Sequence record: PP456878.1 | Strand: one strand, 5' to 3' | Length of the DNA stretch: 64,000 bases | Source of the DNA: Pseudomonas phage vB_PaePAO1-KEN19 | In this document: one piece after another, positions 53,247 to 63,073 of the stretch | How the letters are laid out: each line of letters starts with the position of its first letter | How positions within the stretch are numbered: the stretch's first letter is position 1 | Translations under genes and position numbers: made by a program | Notes under the pieces: model-generated | Told to the model about the DNA's origin: nothing | Database searches by the model: none | The model's input: only the letters and a program-made list of their open reading frames with translations

Positions 53247-54347
53247 TTAGAAACCTACACGACTTGCTTTGCGTGGGCTACTGCAAGAACTAGTATTCAA
53301 TGCTTCAGCTAAAGTAAGATTATTACCGACAAACTCAACTGGATCTAGACCATTAGCTAAACGAGCTGCATTCGCTTGTTCAGCAGTAAGTGTTTTGAAG
53401 GTAAGAATATCGAAAGCACGGCCAGGTCGAACTAAAGCTTCATCAACATCACGAAGAGTCGGAAGATTAGTAGAAATGATAATCTTGGTCTTAGTAGATA
53501 CTAGACCAGCTGTAGCATTTAATAGCCCTGACATATTACTATTACCATCTACACGTTTAGCCACCATTTTATCAGAGTCTTCTGTAATAATGAGTGAATT
53601 ATCCTCAACACCACGAATAAAATTAGTCAAACCGGCGTGGCCAAGTACATCATCTTGATCAGCTAGATACACATTACGATCATTATAACCACGAGCCCGA
53701 ATAATCTCATTGATATAATTAGACTTACCAGTACCAGGAGGACCAATCAATAGTAGAACATTAGATTCAGATGCAGCGAATTCAGTCCAGATTTCAGCTG
53801 GAGATCGATCTAGGAATGGATACATTTCCATCATATTTGGATTGTAGTTACGAACAGAAATAACTTCACTAAAGCTATATAGTTCATTATTTTGATAGTT
53901 AACCCGAATTCTTTTAATACTAGGTGGACGAGTCTGATCAAATACTTCTTCAAAACGTAATTTAAATACTTTGATCAGTTCTTCATTGGAGTATAATCTA
54001 AAGTTCTGACTAGTGGTACCTTCCATTCCATTCATTAGGAAACCAATGATTCCTTCATCATCTAGTAATGCAAAACCACCACTAATTCTGAATGCTTTCA
54101 GATTTAAAGGGCTTATAACTTCATCACATAGTTTGTAAATTTGTTCTTTGATGAATTCTTTTCTATCAACTCCAAAAGGATAGTGAATACGTAGATCTTC
54201 ACTATCTGAACTAATTCCCTGTTCATTAAGAGTATAGCGATATGCATTGGAAATTGCACGGCCATTATCAACCTCCATAGCAATGGAGATAAAACGATCA
54301 ATCCACTTCTGCTGGACTAACGTAAGTTTGCTATTACGATAATTCAT
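53247..54347 (-). CDS. Bcs1-like AAA+ ATPase, soluble paralogue (366 aa)
   Basis: Walker A LLLIGPPGTGKSN. Walker B SLIITEDSD. Sensor-2 region IIISTNLPTLRDVDEALVRPGRAFD, the same TN-x-P-x-LD-x-AL-x-RPGR signature as the gene at 8660. Confidence 0.75.
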   Translation of the reverse strand: MNYRNSKLTLVQQKWIDRFISIAMEVDNGRAISNAYRYTLNEQGISSDSEDLRIHYPFGVDRKEFIKEQIYKLCDEVISPLNLKAFRISGGFALLDDEGIIGFLMNGMEGTTSQNFRLYSNEELIKVFKLRFEEVFDQTRPPSIKRIRVNYQNNELYSFSEVISVRNYNPNMMEMYPFLDRSPAEIWTEFAASESNVLLLIGPPGTGKSNYINEIIRARGYNDRNVYLADQDDVLGHAGLTNFIRGVEDNSLIITEDSDKMVAKRVDGNSNMSGLLNATAGLVSTKTKIIISTNLPTLRDVDEALVRPGRAFDILTFKTLTAEQANAARLANGLDPVEFVGNNLTLAEALNTSSCSSPRKASRVGF

Positions 54348-54393
54348 TTGATGTTCCTTTTCTAATTGATAATCTAATTTGAGACGATATAAA

Positions 54394-54413
54394 CCCTCCT
54401 ACTAAGAGGAGGG
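54394..54413 (-). terminator. hairpin ccctcct-actaag-aggaggg
   Basis: GC stem followed by tttatttt. Confidence 0.55.
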
Positions 54414-54450
54414 TTTATTTTGGCTATTATAACTAATTCATTTGAGAAAA

Positions 54451-55104
54451 TTAATTATTATATTCATCCATCAATTCAGGTAGACGGCTATCTCTAGGAT
54501 CTAAGATTTCAGACCAATCAATTGGCATATATGGCTCATCAGATTCATTTTTATTTAACCATTCTTCTAGTCTCTTTACATCATCGGACCAGTATAGGTT
54601 ATACATAGTTGGCACATTTGCATCTAATGCCAACTGCCACGCTGTATTAGTACCACCACTAATTACAGAGGTTGGTGTCTTTTGTTCACCGTATGCAATA
54701 ATAGTTGAAACAGGTTCACGTAAAGTATGGCCATGAATTTGAAATACATTACGAGTATGTAGTTCAATACCTGTTCTACCTAAACCATTGAAACTTCCCC
54801 GAGCTGCACAGGCCATTGCCATAGCTGTGGGAATGGTATCAGTATATACGGAGGCATCATGAAACCACGCTAGATTCTCAATTCGTCTTCCAAGAAATCC
54901 ATTTCGAATAATGTAAATACGACTTTCTACTGTATCCCATTTATCAGACTGAATTGCACCATACCAACCAGCTCTATCTGATCCATATGCATCGCCTGAT
55001 GAAATACCTATACCTAGATCAACAAATGTTCTTCCTGCGCGTATCATCAATTCTAGGGCCCATGTAGGGGCATAGCGACTACCGACAATAGCTGTCATTG
55101 CCAT
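54451..55104 (-). CDS. Rossmann-fold protein of the SLOG superfamily, DprA/Smf- or LOG-like (217 aa)
   Basis: IVGSRYAP...LGIGISSGDAYGSDRAGWYGAI resembles the DprA GS...SGxAxGxDxxAHxGAL core. ISGGTNTAWQLAL resembles the LOG PGGxGTxxEL motif. Confidence 0.5.
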   Translation of the reverse strand: MAMTAIVGSRYAPTWALELMIRAGRTFVDLGIGISSGDAYGSDRAGWYGAIQSDKWDTVESRIYIIRNGFLGRRIENLAWFHDASVYTDTIPTAMAMACAARGSFNGLGRTGIELHTRNVFQIHGHTLREPVSTIIAYGEQKTPTSVISGGTNTAWQLALDANVPTMYNLYWSDDVKRLEEWLNKNESDEPYMPIDWSEILDPRDSRLPELMDEYNN

Positions 55105-55814
55105 TATCTAACCCTCATTAGAAGACGGATATCACCGTACTTAAGAACGGCATTTCGGACTTGATAAATAAAAGGTTTAAATTCTTTTCGCTGTTGATCA
55201 GCCGTGAGTGTATAAGTTACTTTGATAGGTTCATTAGGAACATTGCAGAAAGATAGATAACGCGATACTCGACGTAGATTACGTAGGTGATTCTTACCAC
55301 ATTTAGGCCCGACTCGTTGTAACCGACCGTCGATAACCTTCCAATCATAATTAGCTTTAAGGTTTAGAGAATAAAAACTTTCAGTTAAATTCTTATAATA
55401 CTGTAATTGTTTTTGAGAGATTTTATTAATTTTTGGTTCATCTGTTACAAGACGTGGGCTATACCGTGAATAGCAATCTGGTTCTGACATACGATCCCAG
55501 GACATATAAGTATATAGACTCATATATACTGTTTTAGTAACTGGTTTAAGCTCACTCATACCTTTTAGAATAGCTTCACCACTAATCCATGCATCACAGC
55601 GTGGATCATCATCATAACTACTCCACCATTCTGGTTTCTTTTTCAGATCATCAGGAACACCATTATGGTAAGCAAATGGTTTTACATCCCAATAATTGCG
55701 AATATCAAGTAGATATGCATAAAGATCATAATTCTGTGTTAGTTCAATATCTTCGATACCAATCCATTCATTATTTACTTTAGCTTGAGTTTCTAAATAT
55801 ACATAATCACCCAT
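55104..55814 (-). CDS. hypothetical protein (236 aa), coupled to the SLOG-like gene
   Basis: Its stop overlaps the downstream ATG (TAATGG). Confidence 0.5.
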   Translation of the reverse strand: MGDYVYLETQAKVNNEWIGIEDIELTQNYDLYAYLLDIRNYWDVKPFAYHNGVPDDLKKKPEWWSSYDDDPRCDAWISGEAILKGMSELKPVTKTVYMSLYTYMSWDRMSEPDCYSRYSPRLVTDEPKINKISQKQLQYYKNLTESFYSLNLKANYDWKVIDGRLQRVGPKCGKNHLRNLRRVSRYLSFCNVPNEPIKVTYTLTADQQRKEFKPFIYQVRNAVLKYGDIRLLMRVR

Positions 55815-56018
55815 TTTCTTTATTTCCTGTATTAGATTAATATAAATGTTTTATAACAACTATTTCAATATTGAATAACGTATTATTGGTTGTTTTAATT
55901 TACTACTCAACCTGATAATGTGTAATACGTCTATCTATATATCTCTTTTCTCTGGTGAAGAGCATTAGCATTATTCCAAGGTAGAGTCCTTATTCTATTA
56001 AACATATGAGTAAATAAT

Positions 56019-56040
56019 CCCTCCCCAATAAAGGGGAGGG
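56019..56040 (-). terminator. hairpin ccctcccc-aataaa-ggggaggg
   Basis: 8-bp G/C stem. Confidence 0.55.
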
Positions 56041-56056
56041 TATATGTTATCTTAAT

Positions 56057-56458
56057 TCATGCTTTTGAAAGATCATATTTAATAGCTTCATCTTTCATAG
56101 GAGTTAATACAATAGTCACTTTTTCAAAACCATGTATATCCCTACCATTATAAGAAATATCAATACTCTCCCAATCCTGGTTAACTACTTCAGCATGAGG
56201 AATATTTTTAATATTGATAGCATCTGTTTTATCAAACCATTTAAAAACCTTTGGGTTAAATACAAGTTCGAAAGTAGTTTGATATGGATAGCTTTTCTGT
56301 TTAACAAGCCTACTAGATGCTAGTGATGTATTCTCAATGTTTCGAATAACATCAATCATTGCTTTACGGATAGTAAGTAATTTACTTTTCAGAACCAAAT
56401 CAATAAATGCTGGATCAGTTGTCATTACTTCTTTTACAGATGGAAATGTGATTTCCAT
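56057..56458 (-). CDS. hypothetical protein (133 aa)
   Basis: Same-strand ORF. Confidence 0.5.
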   Translation of the reverse strand: MEITFPSVKEVMTTDPAFIDLVLKSKLLTIRKAMIDVIRNIENTSLASSRLVKQKSYPYQTTFELVFNPKVFKWFDKTDAINIKNIPHAEVVNQDWESIDISYNGRDIHGFEKVTIVLTPMKDEAIKYDLSKA

Positions 56459-56622
56459 AGCATCCTCTTATAGGTTAATTATTAAAAGATAAATCATAAT
56501 CACTTTGTCTGCGATTCGGATTAACAGGATCAGGATATTTTCCAGTTTTGATAACTTCTTTTATAGCTCTAAAATCACGTTCTAGAAAATCTAGTTTTTT
56601 AACTAACTCTTTTTCTAATTCT

Positions 56623-57018
56623 TTATTGAGTAGTCTTCTTAATTTGCTCATCTACGTATACTCTTACAATGAACCAATTGATTAGGCCAAAACCTTTTGG
56701 TGTGATGGTAATGTCATCTTTATATCCATTTTTAGTGATTACATTACGTAATACTTTAATTGCTTCAGGTGGAATAAGATTAGCATTACCGGTAACACTA
56801 TACTCGAAATAATAACCTACACCTGGTAAATAACCTGATGCAATCTGGTTAGTACCTGTGATATTACTAACGTGTTGGAAGTCACTAAAAGCATTCTTGT
56901 AGAATAACAAAATATTAGGAATTACTTCATCCCTAATAGTAGAACTAGTAATGGCATCCGCCGATGGAAAATAAGGTACTAATTCATCTGTTACATTGGT
57001 GCTATTAATATCGGACAT
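56623..57018 (-). CDS. hypothetical protein (131 aa)
   Basis: Same-strand ORF, the last gene of the long minus block. The promoter motif is upstream. Confidence 0.5.
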   Translation of the reverse strand: MSDINSTNVTDELVPYFPSADAITSSTIRDEVIPNILLFYKNAFSDFQHVSNITGTNQIASGYLPGVGYYFEYSVTGNANLIPPEAIKVLRNVITKNGYKDDITITPKGFGLINWFIVRVYVDEQIKKTTQ

Positions 57019-57064
57019 AATCTTTTCCTCATTATAAAAGGATAAATATCTTTATGGTAATCCT

Positions 57065-57098
57065 GTAATATAGATTTAAATTAATTTATAATGAATGG
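57065..57098 (-). promoter_or_regulatory. conserved early promoter (family 2 variant)
   Basis: The + strand reads gtaatatagatttaaattaatttataatgaat. Confidence 0.35.
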
Positions 57099-57101
57099 CA
57101 T

Positions 57102-57126
57102 AAAGGAGCCCCTGGTGGGCTCCTTT
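57102..57126. terminator. hairpin aaaggagccc-ctggt-gggctccttt
   Basis: 10-bp stem at the boundary between the minus block and the divergent + block. Confidence 0.45.
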
Positions 57127-57127
57127 A

Positions 57128-57300
57128 ATGTAATAGGTCCGACCCCTATCTAGAGGTCGGTGAGTAGCAAGGCACCGTAGTTGGGGTTCGTGTCGTTCCT
57201 GACGATACTTTAGTACCCCGGTTTATTTACGACTGGATCACCCCCTTAAAGTGCAGTGCGTTTTACGCAAACTGCCTTGCTCTATATCATTGCACTGTGC
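57128..57300. ncRNA. GC-rich, highly structured non-coding island (candidate ncRNA or structured leader/attenuator)
   Basis: No ORF. Local GC is far above the genome average. Predicted helices: ccgacc/ggtcgg (57137-57161); a long-range pair agcaaggca (57165-57173) with tgccttgct (57274-57282) enclosing ggggt/acccc and gtcgt/acgat helices; gcagtgcg-tttta-cgcaaactgc (57250-57275); and an alternative pairing of cagtgc with gcactg (57291-57296), followed by gtattttta. Confidence 0.35.
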
Positions 57301-57368
57301 GTATTTTTATTCGTTAGCTAATCTTATGACTTAGAGTTATATTTACATACCCCTTAAGGAAAAATGCA

Positions 57369-59480
57369 ATGATAGACTCATTTAGGAAGCTAATGGGCTC
57401 GCTATCAATTACTGAAACTGATCAAGAAATTATCATCAGTGGTTTTGATGGTGCTGCATTCATTAGAGATATTAACAAGTATTGGCGAACCACTAAATTA
57501 GCTACGCAGTTATTTAACACGGTTAGTCGTCGTAGTATTTCATTTTATAAATTCTTTGCTCCTGAAATATATTACATGCTAGAAGCAGTAAAGAATTATA
57601 GAAGTAGATACATCTCTATTAAAACTGTTAATGCCATCCGTGAAGCAATGCTTCAATATACCTGGTTAAAAAATACTCGTCCTGTAGATACCAACTCTGT
57701 ACCAGGTAGACTCAATTTCAAGATGTTAGACAAATTGACATTTACACCAGATGAGTCTCAAAAAGCTTATTTTGAAAATTATAATTATCGAATTGACCAG
57801 TATGGTTTACGTGGTGATATTGTTGCAGGTAAACCTGGTACTGGTAAGACATTCATGACGATGGCTATTGCTGAAATGGTTGAGTCGGATATCATTATAG
57901 TTGTTTGTGAAAAGAAGTCTATTGATCTAATATGGAAGCCATCTATTATTGAGATGTATAAGGAAAGACAAAAAGTATGGTCGACCATTGATGATAAAGC
58001 CTACAACGGTCAAAGAATACTTATATCCCATTACCAGGCGCAAGATAAAATAATTGATCTATTAAGAAGCGGTATATTCAAAGGTAAGAACATTACGGTG
58101 ATTCTGGATGAATCACACAATATGAACGATCCTAATTCTGCACAATCTCTTAAGTTCCAGCAAATATGTTTTATGTCTAACTCTAATAACAGATTATTAG
58201 CGTCAGGTACCCCTGTTAAAGCACTTGGTTCTGAATTAGTAAGTGCATTAAGAGTATTAGACGATCTCTTCACCAATGAGGTTGAAGAACGTTTTAAGAA
58301 AGCATTTGGAAAAGAGACACAGAAAGGATTAGATATTGTCCAACATCGCTTTGGGTTAATTGCGTACGTCATTGAAAAGAAAGATACTGAGGTTTTACCA
58401 CCGAGGATAAAAGCGTATCGTATCAAGATACCAAATGGATCACAGTATACTCTTAATGCCATTAAACGTGATTGTGAAGCTTTTATTAGAGAACGTGTAA
58501 AGTTCTATGCTGCGCGCCGACCAGAAGATGAGAAGTATTGGGCTAAACTAATGGCGATACACGAGAACTCTCTTAAGACCCAGGCGCAGAAAGATGGTTT
58601 CGCTCGCTATAAGAATTTGATTAAAATAATTCAGAAGAATCAAGACCCGCGATACATTGGTGAAGAAATTAAAGAATCTAACCAATATGAAAAAATGTTT
58701 ATAGAGCCAACTTTACCTCGTAATGAAATAGCTGCTTTTAGAGATATTAAATCAGTTATAAAATACGTTATGCTAAAGATACAAGGTGAATGTTTGGGAA
58801 GGGTTTTAGGTGCTAAACGCATTCAGTGCCATGTGGACATGGTACCGTATATTGACTGGGTTGGTATCACTGAATCAACTATGAAGAAAACGATTGCATT
58901 TACATCGTTTGTTGAGGTTGTTGATACTGTTGATAAGTACACCAATAAATTAGGTATGCATCCGGCGGTGGTGTATGGTAAAACCAATGACAATTTACCT
59001 CAAATAATCAGTAGATTTGAGAAAGACCCTAAATTAAATCCATTGGTAGCTACATATGCTTCCCTTTCAACAGCGGTCCGTATGACGATGGCTGATACTA
59101 TGGTGACAATTAATTCACCGTTTAGACATTACATTCTAGAACAAGCTATTGCTCGAATTTACCGTAAAGGTCAGGATTCACAAACAGTCGTATATCAATG
59201 TACTCTCGATACAGAAGATGAACCGAATATCTCAACAAGGTCAGATGACATTCTAAAATGGAGTCAGGCAATGGTTGAAGCTATTATGGGTATTAAATCT
59301 CCATTTGAGATCACAGAGTCATTAGAAAGTTATGTTGATAAAAATAATAATTTTGATGAAAATAAAATCATTTATCAGATGCTAAAAGAATCATTTGAGA
59401 AGTATGATATCGCAATTGATTTTAATGACTTTGATACACGTATGTATAAACCATATCAGCCCGCATATATGCGGTTTTAA
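57369..59480 (+). CDS. SNF2-family / superfamily-2 DNA-dependent ATPase-helicase (703 aa)
   Basis: Walker A GKPGTGKT. DExH box VILDESHN. Motif III LLASGTPV. Motif VI QAIARIYRKGQ, which is SNF2-like (QAxxRxxRxGQ). AAGGA lies upstream of the ATG. Confidence 0.75.
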   Translation: MIDSFRKLMGSLSITETDQEIIISGFDGAAFIRDINKYWRTTKLATQLFNTVSRRSISFYKFFAPEIYYMLEAVKNYRSRYISIKTVNAIREAMLQYTWLKNTRPVDTNSVPGRLNFKMLDKLTFTPDESQKAYFENYNYRIDQYGLRGDIVAGKPGTGKTFMTMAIAEMVESDIIIVVCEKKSIDLIWKPSIIEMYKERQKVWSTIDDKAYNGQRILISHYQAQDKIIDLLRSGIFKGKNITVILDESHNMNDPNSAQSLKFQQICFMSNSNNRLLASGTPVKALGSELVSALRVLDDLFTNEVEERFKKAFGKETQKGLDIVQHRFGLIAYVIEKKDTEVLPPRIKAYRIKIPNGSQYTLNAIKRDCEAFIRERVKFYAARRPEDEKYWAKLMAIHENSLKTQAQKDGFARYKNLIKIIQKNQDPRYIGEEIKESNQYEKMFIEPTLPRNEIAAFRDIKSVIKYVMLKIQGECLGRVLGAKRIQCHVDMVPYIDWVGITESTMKKTIAFTSFVEVVDTVDKYTNKLGMHPAVVYGKTNDNLPQIISRFEKDPKLNPLVATYASLSTAVRMTMADTMVTINSPFRHYILEQAIARIYRKGQDSQTVVYQCTLDTEDEPNISTRSDDILKWSQAMVEAIMGIKSPFEITESLESYVDKNNNFDENKIIYQMLKESFEKYDIAIDFNDFDTRMYKPYQPAYMRF

Positions 59481-59491
59481 AGGAGACAGAA

Positions 59492-59962
59492 ATGTCTGAT
59501 CCACATTCATCTAATACTGGTGAAGATCTTATTCTTGGGCCTGAAGCCACCAGTGAAGAAATGTATAATGCGATTTTAAGGTGGGTTGACAAAGTAACAA
59601 CCATCCTAGAATCTGGTGGTGGCCCTGGTCCAGGTCCTAGTACTGGTTTAAAACCAATTCTATTTCAAACTGGTACATTAAACCCAGGAGATGTAGTTAC
59701 TTATGATCTTTCCAAAGTTATTACTTCTATGGGTGATTATACTCTGGCTACAGCCATCGTTGATCTCAAGATTATCGACCCTGAAACTACTAGTCCTACT
59801 AGTGGTAAGCTTATTAGCGCTTCTGCTAGTATTGGTTGGGATCTCGATTCATCTACAGGGATTTTAAATATCCGTGGGTATAGCCTGTCTGTACCAATCA
59901 CTTATTATATTCGAGTTGACTCACCTATTAAGACGGCTGATATTCCCGTGTATACCCCGTAA
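59492..59962 (+). CDS. hypothetical protein with GGGPGPGPS linker and beta-rich C-terminal domain (156 aa)
   Basis: AGGAG RBS. Possible virion or accessory protein. Confidence 0.5.
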   Translation: MSDPHSSNTGEDLILGPEATSEEMYNAILRWVDKVTTILESGGGPGPGPSTGLKPILFQTGTLNPGDVVTYDLSKVITSMGDYTLATAIVDLKIIDPETTSPTSGKLISASASIGWDLDSSTGILNIRGYSLSVPITYYIRVDSPIKTADIPVYTP

Positions 59963-59972
59963 GGAGTGAGAA

Positions 59973-61922
59973 ATGCCTTCTATTGTCCCGTCGCAAGTGC
60001 CGGGTCCTGTGGCACTAAACTCTAAAGTTAAATTTAACTTTAGTTCAGATATTCAGAAGGTGTATTATACAGTGAGCCCGGAGTTACCTCCGGTGCTCTC
60101 TGAATACATTGCTTATGATGGTGACCCTGCAACAGGTGGTAGTCCATTTATTGCTGTTGTGCAAGATGGCACTGGTAATGTTCTTTATGATTGTAGTTTT
60201 CCAAAATTCTATAATTTAAACTATGATACTTACCAAATTCCGGCTAATACAACAAACCCTCAAGATCTATGGGGATGGGTAAGATATTTTTATAATGCTA
60301 TTGGGTTTATTAGGAATGGTAGTAAGTACGAATCAACTGGAAAGAAATTCTTAGTAATCACAGATAGTAATCCTAGTGAACCTTATTCAGTCCTCAATAC
60401 GTCAGGTAATGGTTTTAAAAAGATACTAGATACGGCTGCTCGTGTACAAGATTCTACCTATGATGTTTATTACCCAGAAATGATGGGTGGCACAGTAGAC
60501 CTTACTTTAACAGATCTTAATAAGTATTATGCATGTATTCTATTCTCTACTAAAGATCATAATACTGGTGCATTAACTCCTGAAAGAGTGAGTCAGGCGA
60601 CTATTGATAATCTAGCTACTTGGCGTAAATCGGGTAATGGTATCTTTGTTATAACTGATTCTGCTTCAAGAGATTACACTAATATTGAAGATGCTAAAGA
60701 AAATAATGGTAGTTTTGCATTTACCGCTAATAGACTAGCCTTTAATTTTGGTTCTTATTTCTCTGGTGTTGTTGATAGGTCAGATGTTCAATATACTGTA
60801 AATCAGATGCTAAGCTGGTCACCAAAAGCTGCATCATCTGGTTTGTTTACAGGTATGAATAAATCTATTGGTAATGGTCAAGTAACTGACTTTGTTATCA
60901 AAGGTGATTCAAGTGAAAGTGAGATTAAGCTTGTTACTTTCCCAGCGTATAACAAAGAAGATATTCCTGAATTTACCTTCGATCATACTGGCGAGTACAT
61001 TTACAATTTTCTTTGTACGACATCTGAAAATCCTAATAAACCGTATGCTATTTCATTTAGATTCCAAGTTGGTGTAGATGATGGTATCTTTGTTGCACGT
61101 GATAATGGCCAAGCTATTGATACTACTCAGATACTAACAGCTAAGCGTTATTTTGATCTTAATCTAGGTTACTCAAATGGTACTGACCATCAGGATTATC
61201 TAGGCGATATTCAAATAAATGGCTATTTAGTTGGATCATTCTTATTTAGTCAGGGCATTACTCAGTGGGATCTGATAACTCATGGATCAACTCTTTTAAT
61301 CCATGATAATGATCAGATACGTATTAACGTACGTGTACCTTATACTTACACAATGCAGCATCAAGTGGTACTTAGTTCAAAACCTGCTTCTCTTTATAAT
61401 GAAGCATCCCTTATAGGTACAATGGCATGGGATGATTATAAAGGGATAAGTAAAGCTAAAATTTATGAATATATTAATCTTAGCATGACCAAGTATATGT
61501 ATCGTGTAGCGAATGCATATAAGAATAACATTAATATAAAACCAATAGTATTGACTGCATTACGCCGTACATTCCTTGGTGAGACATTAAATACAGCTAA
61601 TGTATATGTTTATGATAATAACTCCACATGGGGTAAACTATCACAACGTGTCCAGAACGGACGACATGGTGATATTGTTATCTTTGCAGATACTTCTAAA
61701 GTTGTCCAGTATGATGAACTGGCTTCAACACCTGGCTGGTATGTAATGAAAGATCCAGGATTAGCTGATGTAACAGTAGCTAAACTAGTTCCATTCTTTG
61801 GAAATAACCGAGCTATTAAAAATAGGTTAAAGACTGGTGACATTCTTGATGAGACCACTGGTCAACCAATTTCTTTCCATGCTAATTGGAAAATAGAAAA
61901 TGATAAACTTGTAAAAGTTTAA
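59973..61922 (+). CDS. large hypothetical protein (649 aa)
   Basis: AGGAGTGAG RBS. No catalytic motif recognised. Possibly structural. Confidence 0.55.
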   Translation: MPSIVPSQVPGPVALNSKVKFNFSSDIQKVYYTVSPELPPVLSEYIAYDGDPATGGSPFIAVVQDGTGNVLYDCSFPKFYNLNYDTYQIPANTTNPQDLWGWVRYFYNAIGFIRNGSKYESTGKKFLVITDSNPSEPYSVLNTSGNGFKKILDTAARVQDSTYDVYYPEMMGGTVDLTLTDLNKYYACILFSTKDHNTGALTPERVSQATIDNLATWRKSGNGIFVITDSASRDYTNIEDAKENNGSFAFTANRLAFNFGSYFSGVVDRSDVQYTVNQMLSWSPKAASSGLFTGMNKSIGNGQVTDFVIKGDSSESEIKLVTFPAYNKEDIPEFTFDHTGEYIYNFLCTTSENPNKPYAISFRFQVGVDDGIFVARDNGQAIDTTQILTAKRYFDLNLGYSNGTDHQDYLGDIQINGYLVGSFLFSQGITQWDLITHGSTLLIHDNDQIRINVRVPYTYTMQHQVVLSSKPASLYNEASLIGTMAWDDYKGISKAKIYEYINLSMTKYMYRVANAYKNNINIKPIVLTALRRTFLGETLNTANVYVYDNNSTWGKLSQRVQNGRHGDIVIFADTSKVVQYDELASTPGWYVMKDPGLADVTVAKLVPFFGNNRAIKNRLKTGDILDETTGQPISFHANWKIENDKLVKV

Positions 61923-61930
61923 CGGCATAA

Positions 61931-61951
61931 GCCCTCCCGCAATGGGAGGGC
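61931..61951. terminator. bidirectional hairpin gccctccc-gcaat-gggagggc
   Basis: Identical to the hairpin at 23786. Lies between convergent genes. Confidence 0.6.
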
Positions 61952-61962
61952 ATTATGTTGTT

Positions 61963-62622
61963 TTAACCACGCGTTATATTAAATAACCGTCTTTTCTGAT
62001 CAAGTAATAAAATAGCGCTTGTGGTAATTTTAATGTTAAACCTACGTTTAGCTAAACTCTGAGCTACTAGTTCAATAGCATCAACTAGATCGATTGATTC
62101 TATATCACCTGTATTTTTAGATTTACTAATTGGTTTACTAAGAATTTTCCATCCCTTAGTAAAATTACTAGCTGATGGCTTTTGACCTATCTTGCTACGA
62201 AAAAATAGTCCAACTAATTTACTAGCCAGTTCACGTGGATCATTAAAATCTGTTTCTGGTGAATGTAAGGTAATATTACTGTTTGCCAGGAATTCATGGT
62301 TCTCCGCACGATCCTCGATGGTTTTAGCACGTGGATCAAAATCCCAACAATTAACAGTTATATTTACGTCATTACCATTACGACGTAGATCAATACATCT
62401 AATGAAATCAGTCATATCAAACTTACGTTCAACATCACGCATGTCATTAGCAATCTTCTCTAATTCATCGTTATCAGTAATACCAACTTGCTTAGTAATA
62501 TCAAAAGTCAAATCGGCTAAAACGGATTGAGGAAAACTGGTTGCGATCAGCAAACGCAGTACGATTTCTGGACGACTTTTTCTATCTTTGTCGCCTGACA
62601 TCTTCTCAAAGGTATTAGTCAT
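61963..62622 (-). CDS. hypothetical protein (219 aa)
   Basis: Same-strand ORF. Confidence 0.5.
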   Translation of the reverse strand: MTNTFEKMSGDKDRKSRPEIVLRLLIATSFPQSVLADLTFDITKQVGITDNDELEKIANDMRDVERKFDMTDFIRCIDLRRNGNDVNITVNCWDFDPRAKTIEDRAENHEFLANSNITLHSPETDFNDPRELASKLVGLFFRSKIGQKPSASNFTKGWKILSKPISKSKNTGDIESIDLVDAIELVAQSLAKRRFNIKITTSAILLLDQKRRLFNITRG

Positions 62623-62641
62623 GATGGCTATCCCAAAAAGG

Positions 62642-63073
62642 TTAGTTCACACCATTTAAACGCTCCCAGTCATCTAGGGTTGCACGAGCATCAAATAGTG
62701 CGTTGTGAAGCATTTTAGAACCTTTTCCACTTAGCTCATGATTTAATTCAAATATAGTTGGTAACTCAACAACTTGTTTACCTTTACCCATATCCATAGC
62801 TTTACCAGTGTAAACCATATCGTTAACATGATTAGCTATAAAATGTAATCGAGCAAACTGACCAAGAAACTTGGCTAGTCTATCATGGAATTCTTCTAAA
62901 GAGATTGGTTCTTTTTGAAGAATAGGAATAACGTTTTCTTTAACCCATTCATCTTCAATATTGTCATATGGTAGAACTTCGTAGAATTCACAACGTCGAT
63001 CTTCACTAACAATACCGAGTGAAATAAGAGTACCAGTAGGCGTATCAAATTCTGTATCAACAAAAAGTAACAT
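62642..63073 (-). CDS. DEDDh-family 3'-5' exonuclease, miniature (143 aa)
   Basis: Exo I LFVDTEF. Exo II IANHVNDM. Exo III HNALFDA. Confidence 0.7.
   Translation of the reverse strand: MLLFVDTEFDTPTGTLISLGIVSEDRRCEFYEVLPYDNIEDEWVKENVIPILQKEPISLEEFHDRLAKFLGQFARLHFIANHVNDMVYTGKAMDMGKGKQVVELPTIFELNHELSGKGSKMLHNALFDARATLDDWERLNGVN

Noticed and set aside
57785-59604. Four minus-strand ORFs of 60-143 aa inside the helicase gene
   Set aside because: They are antisense shadows within a well-supported 703-aa helicase ORF with conserved motifs.
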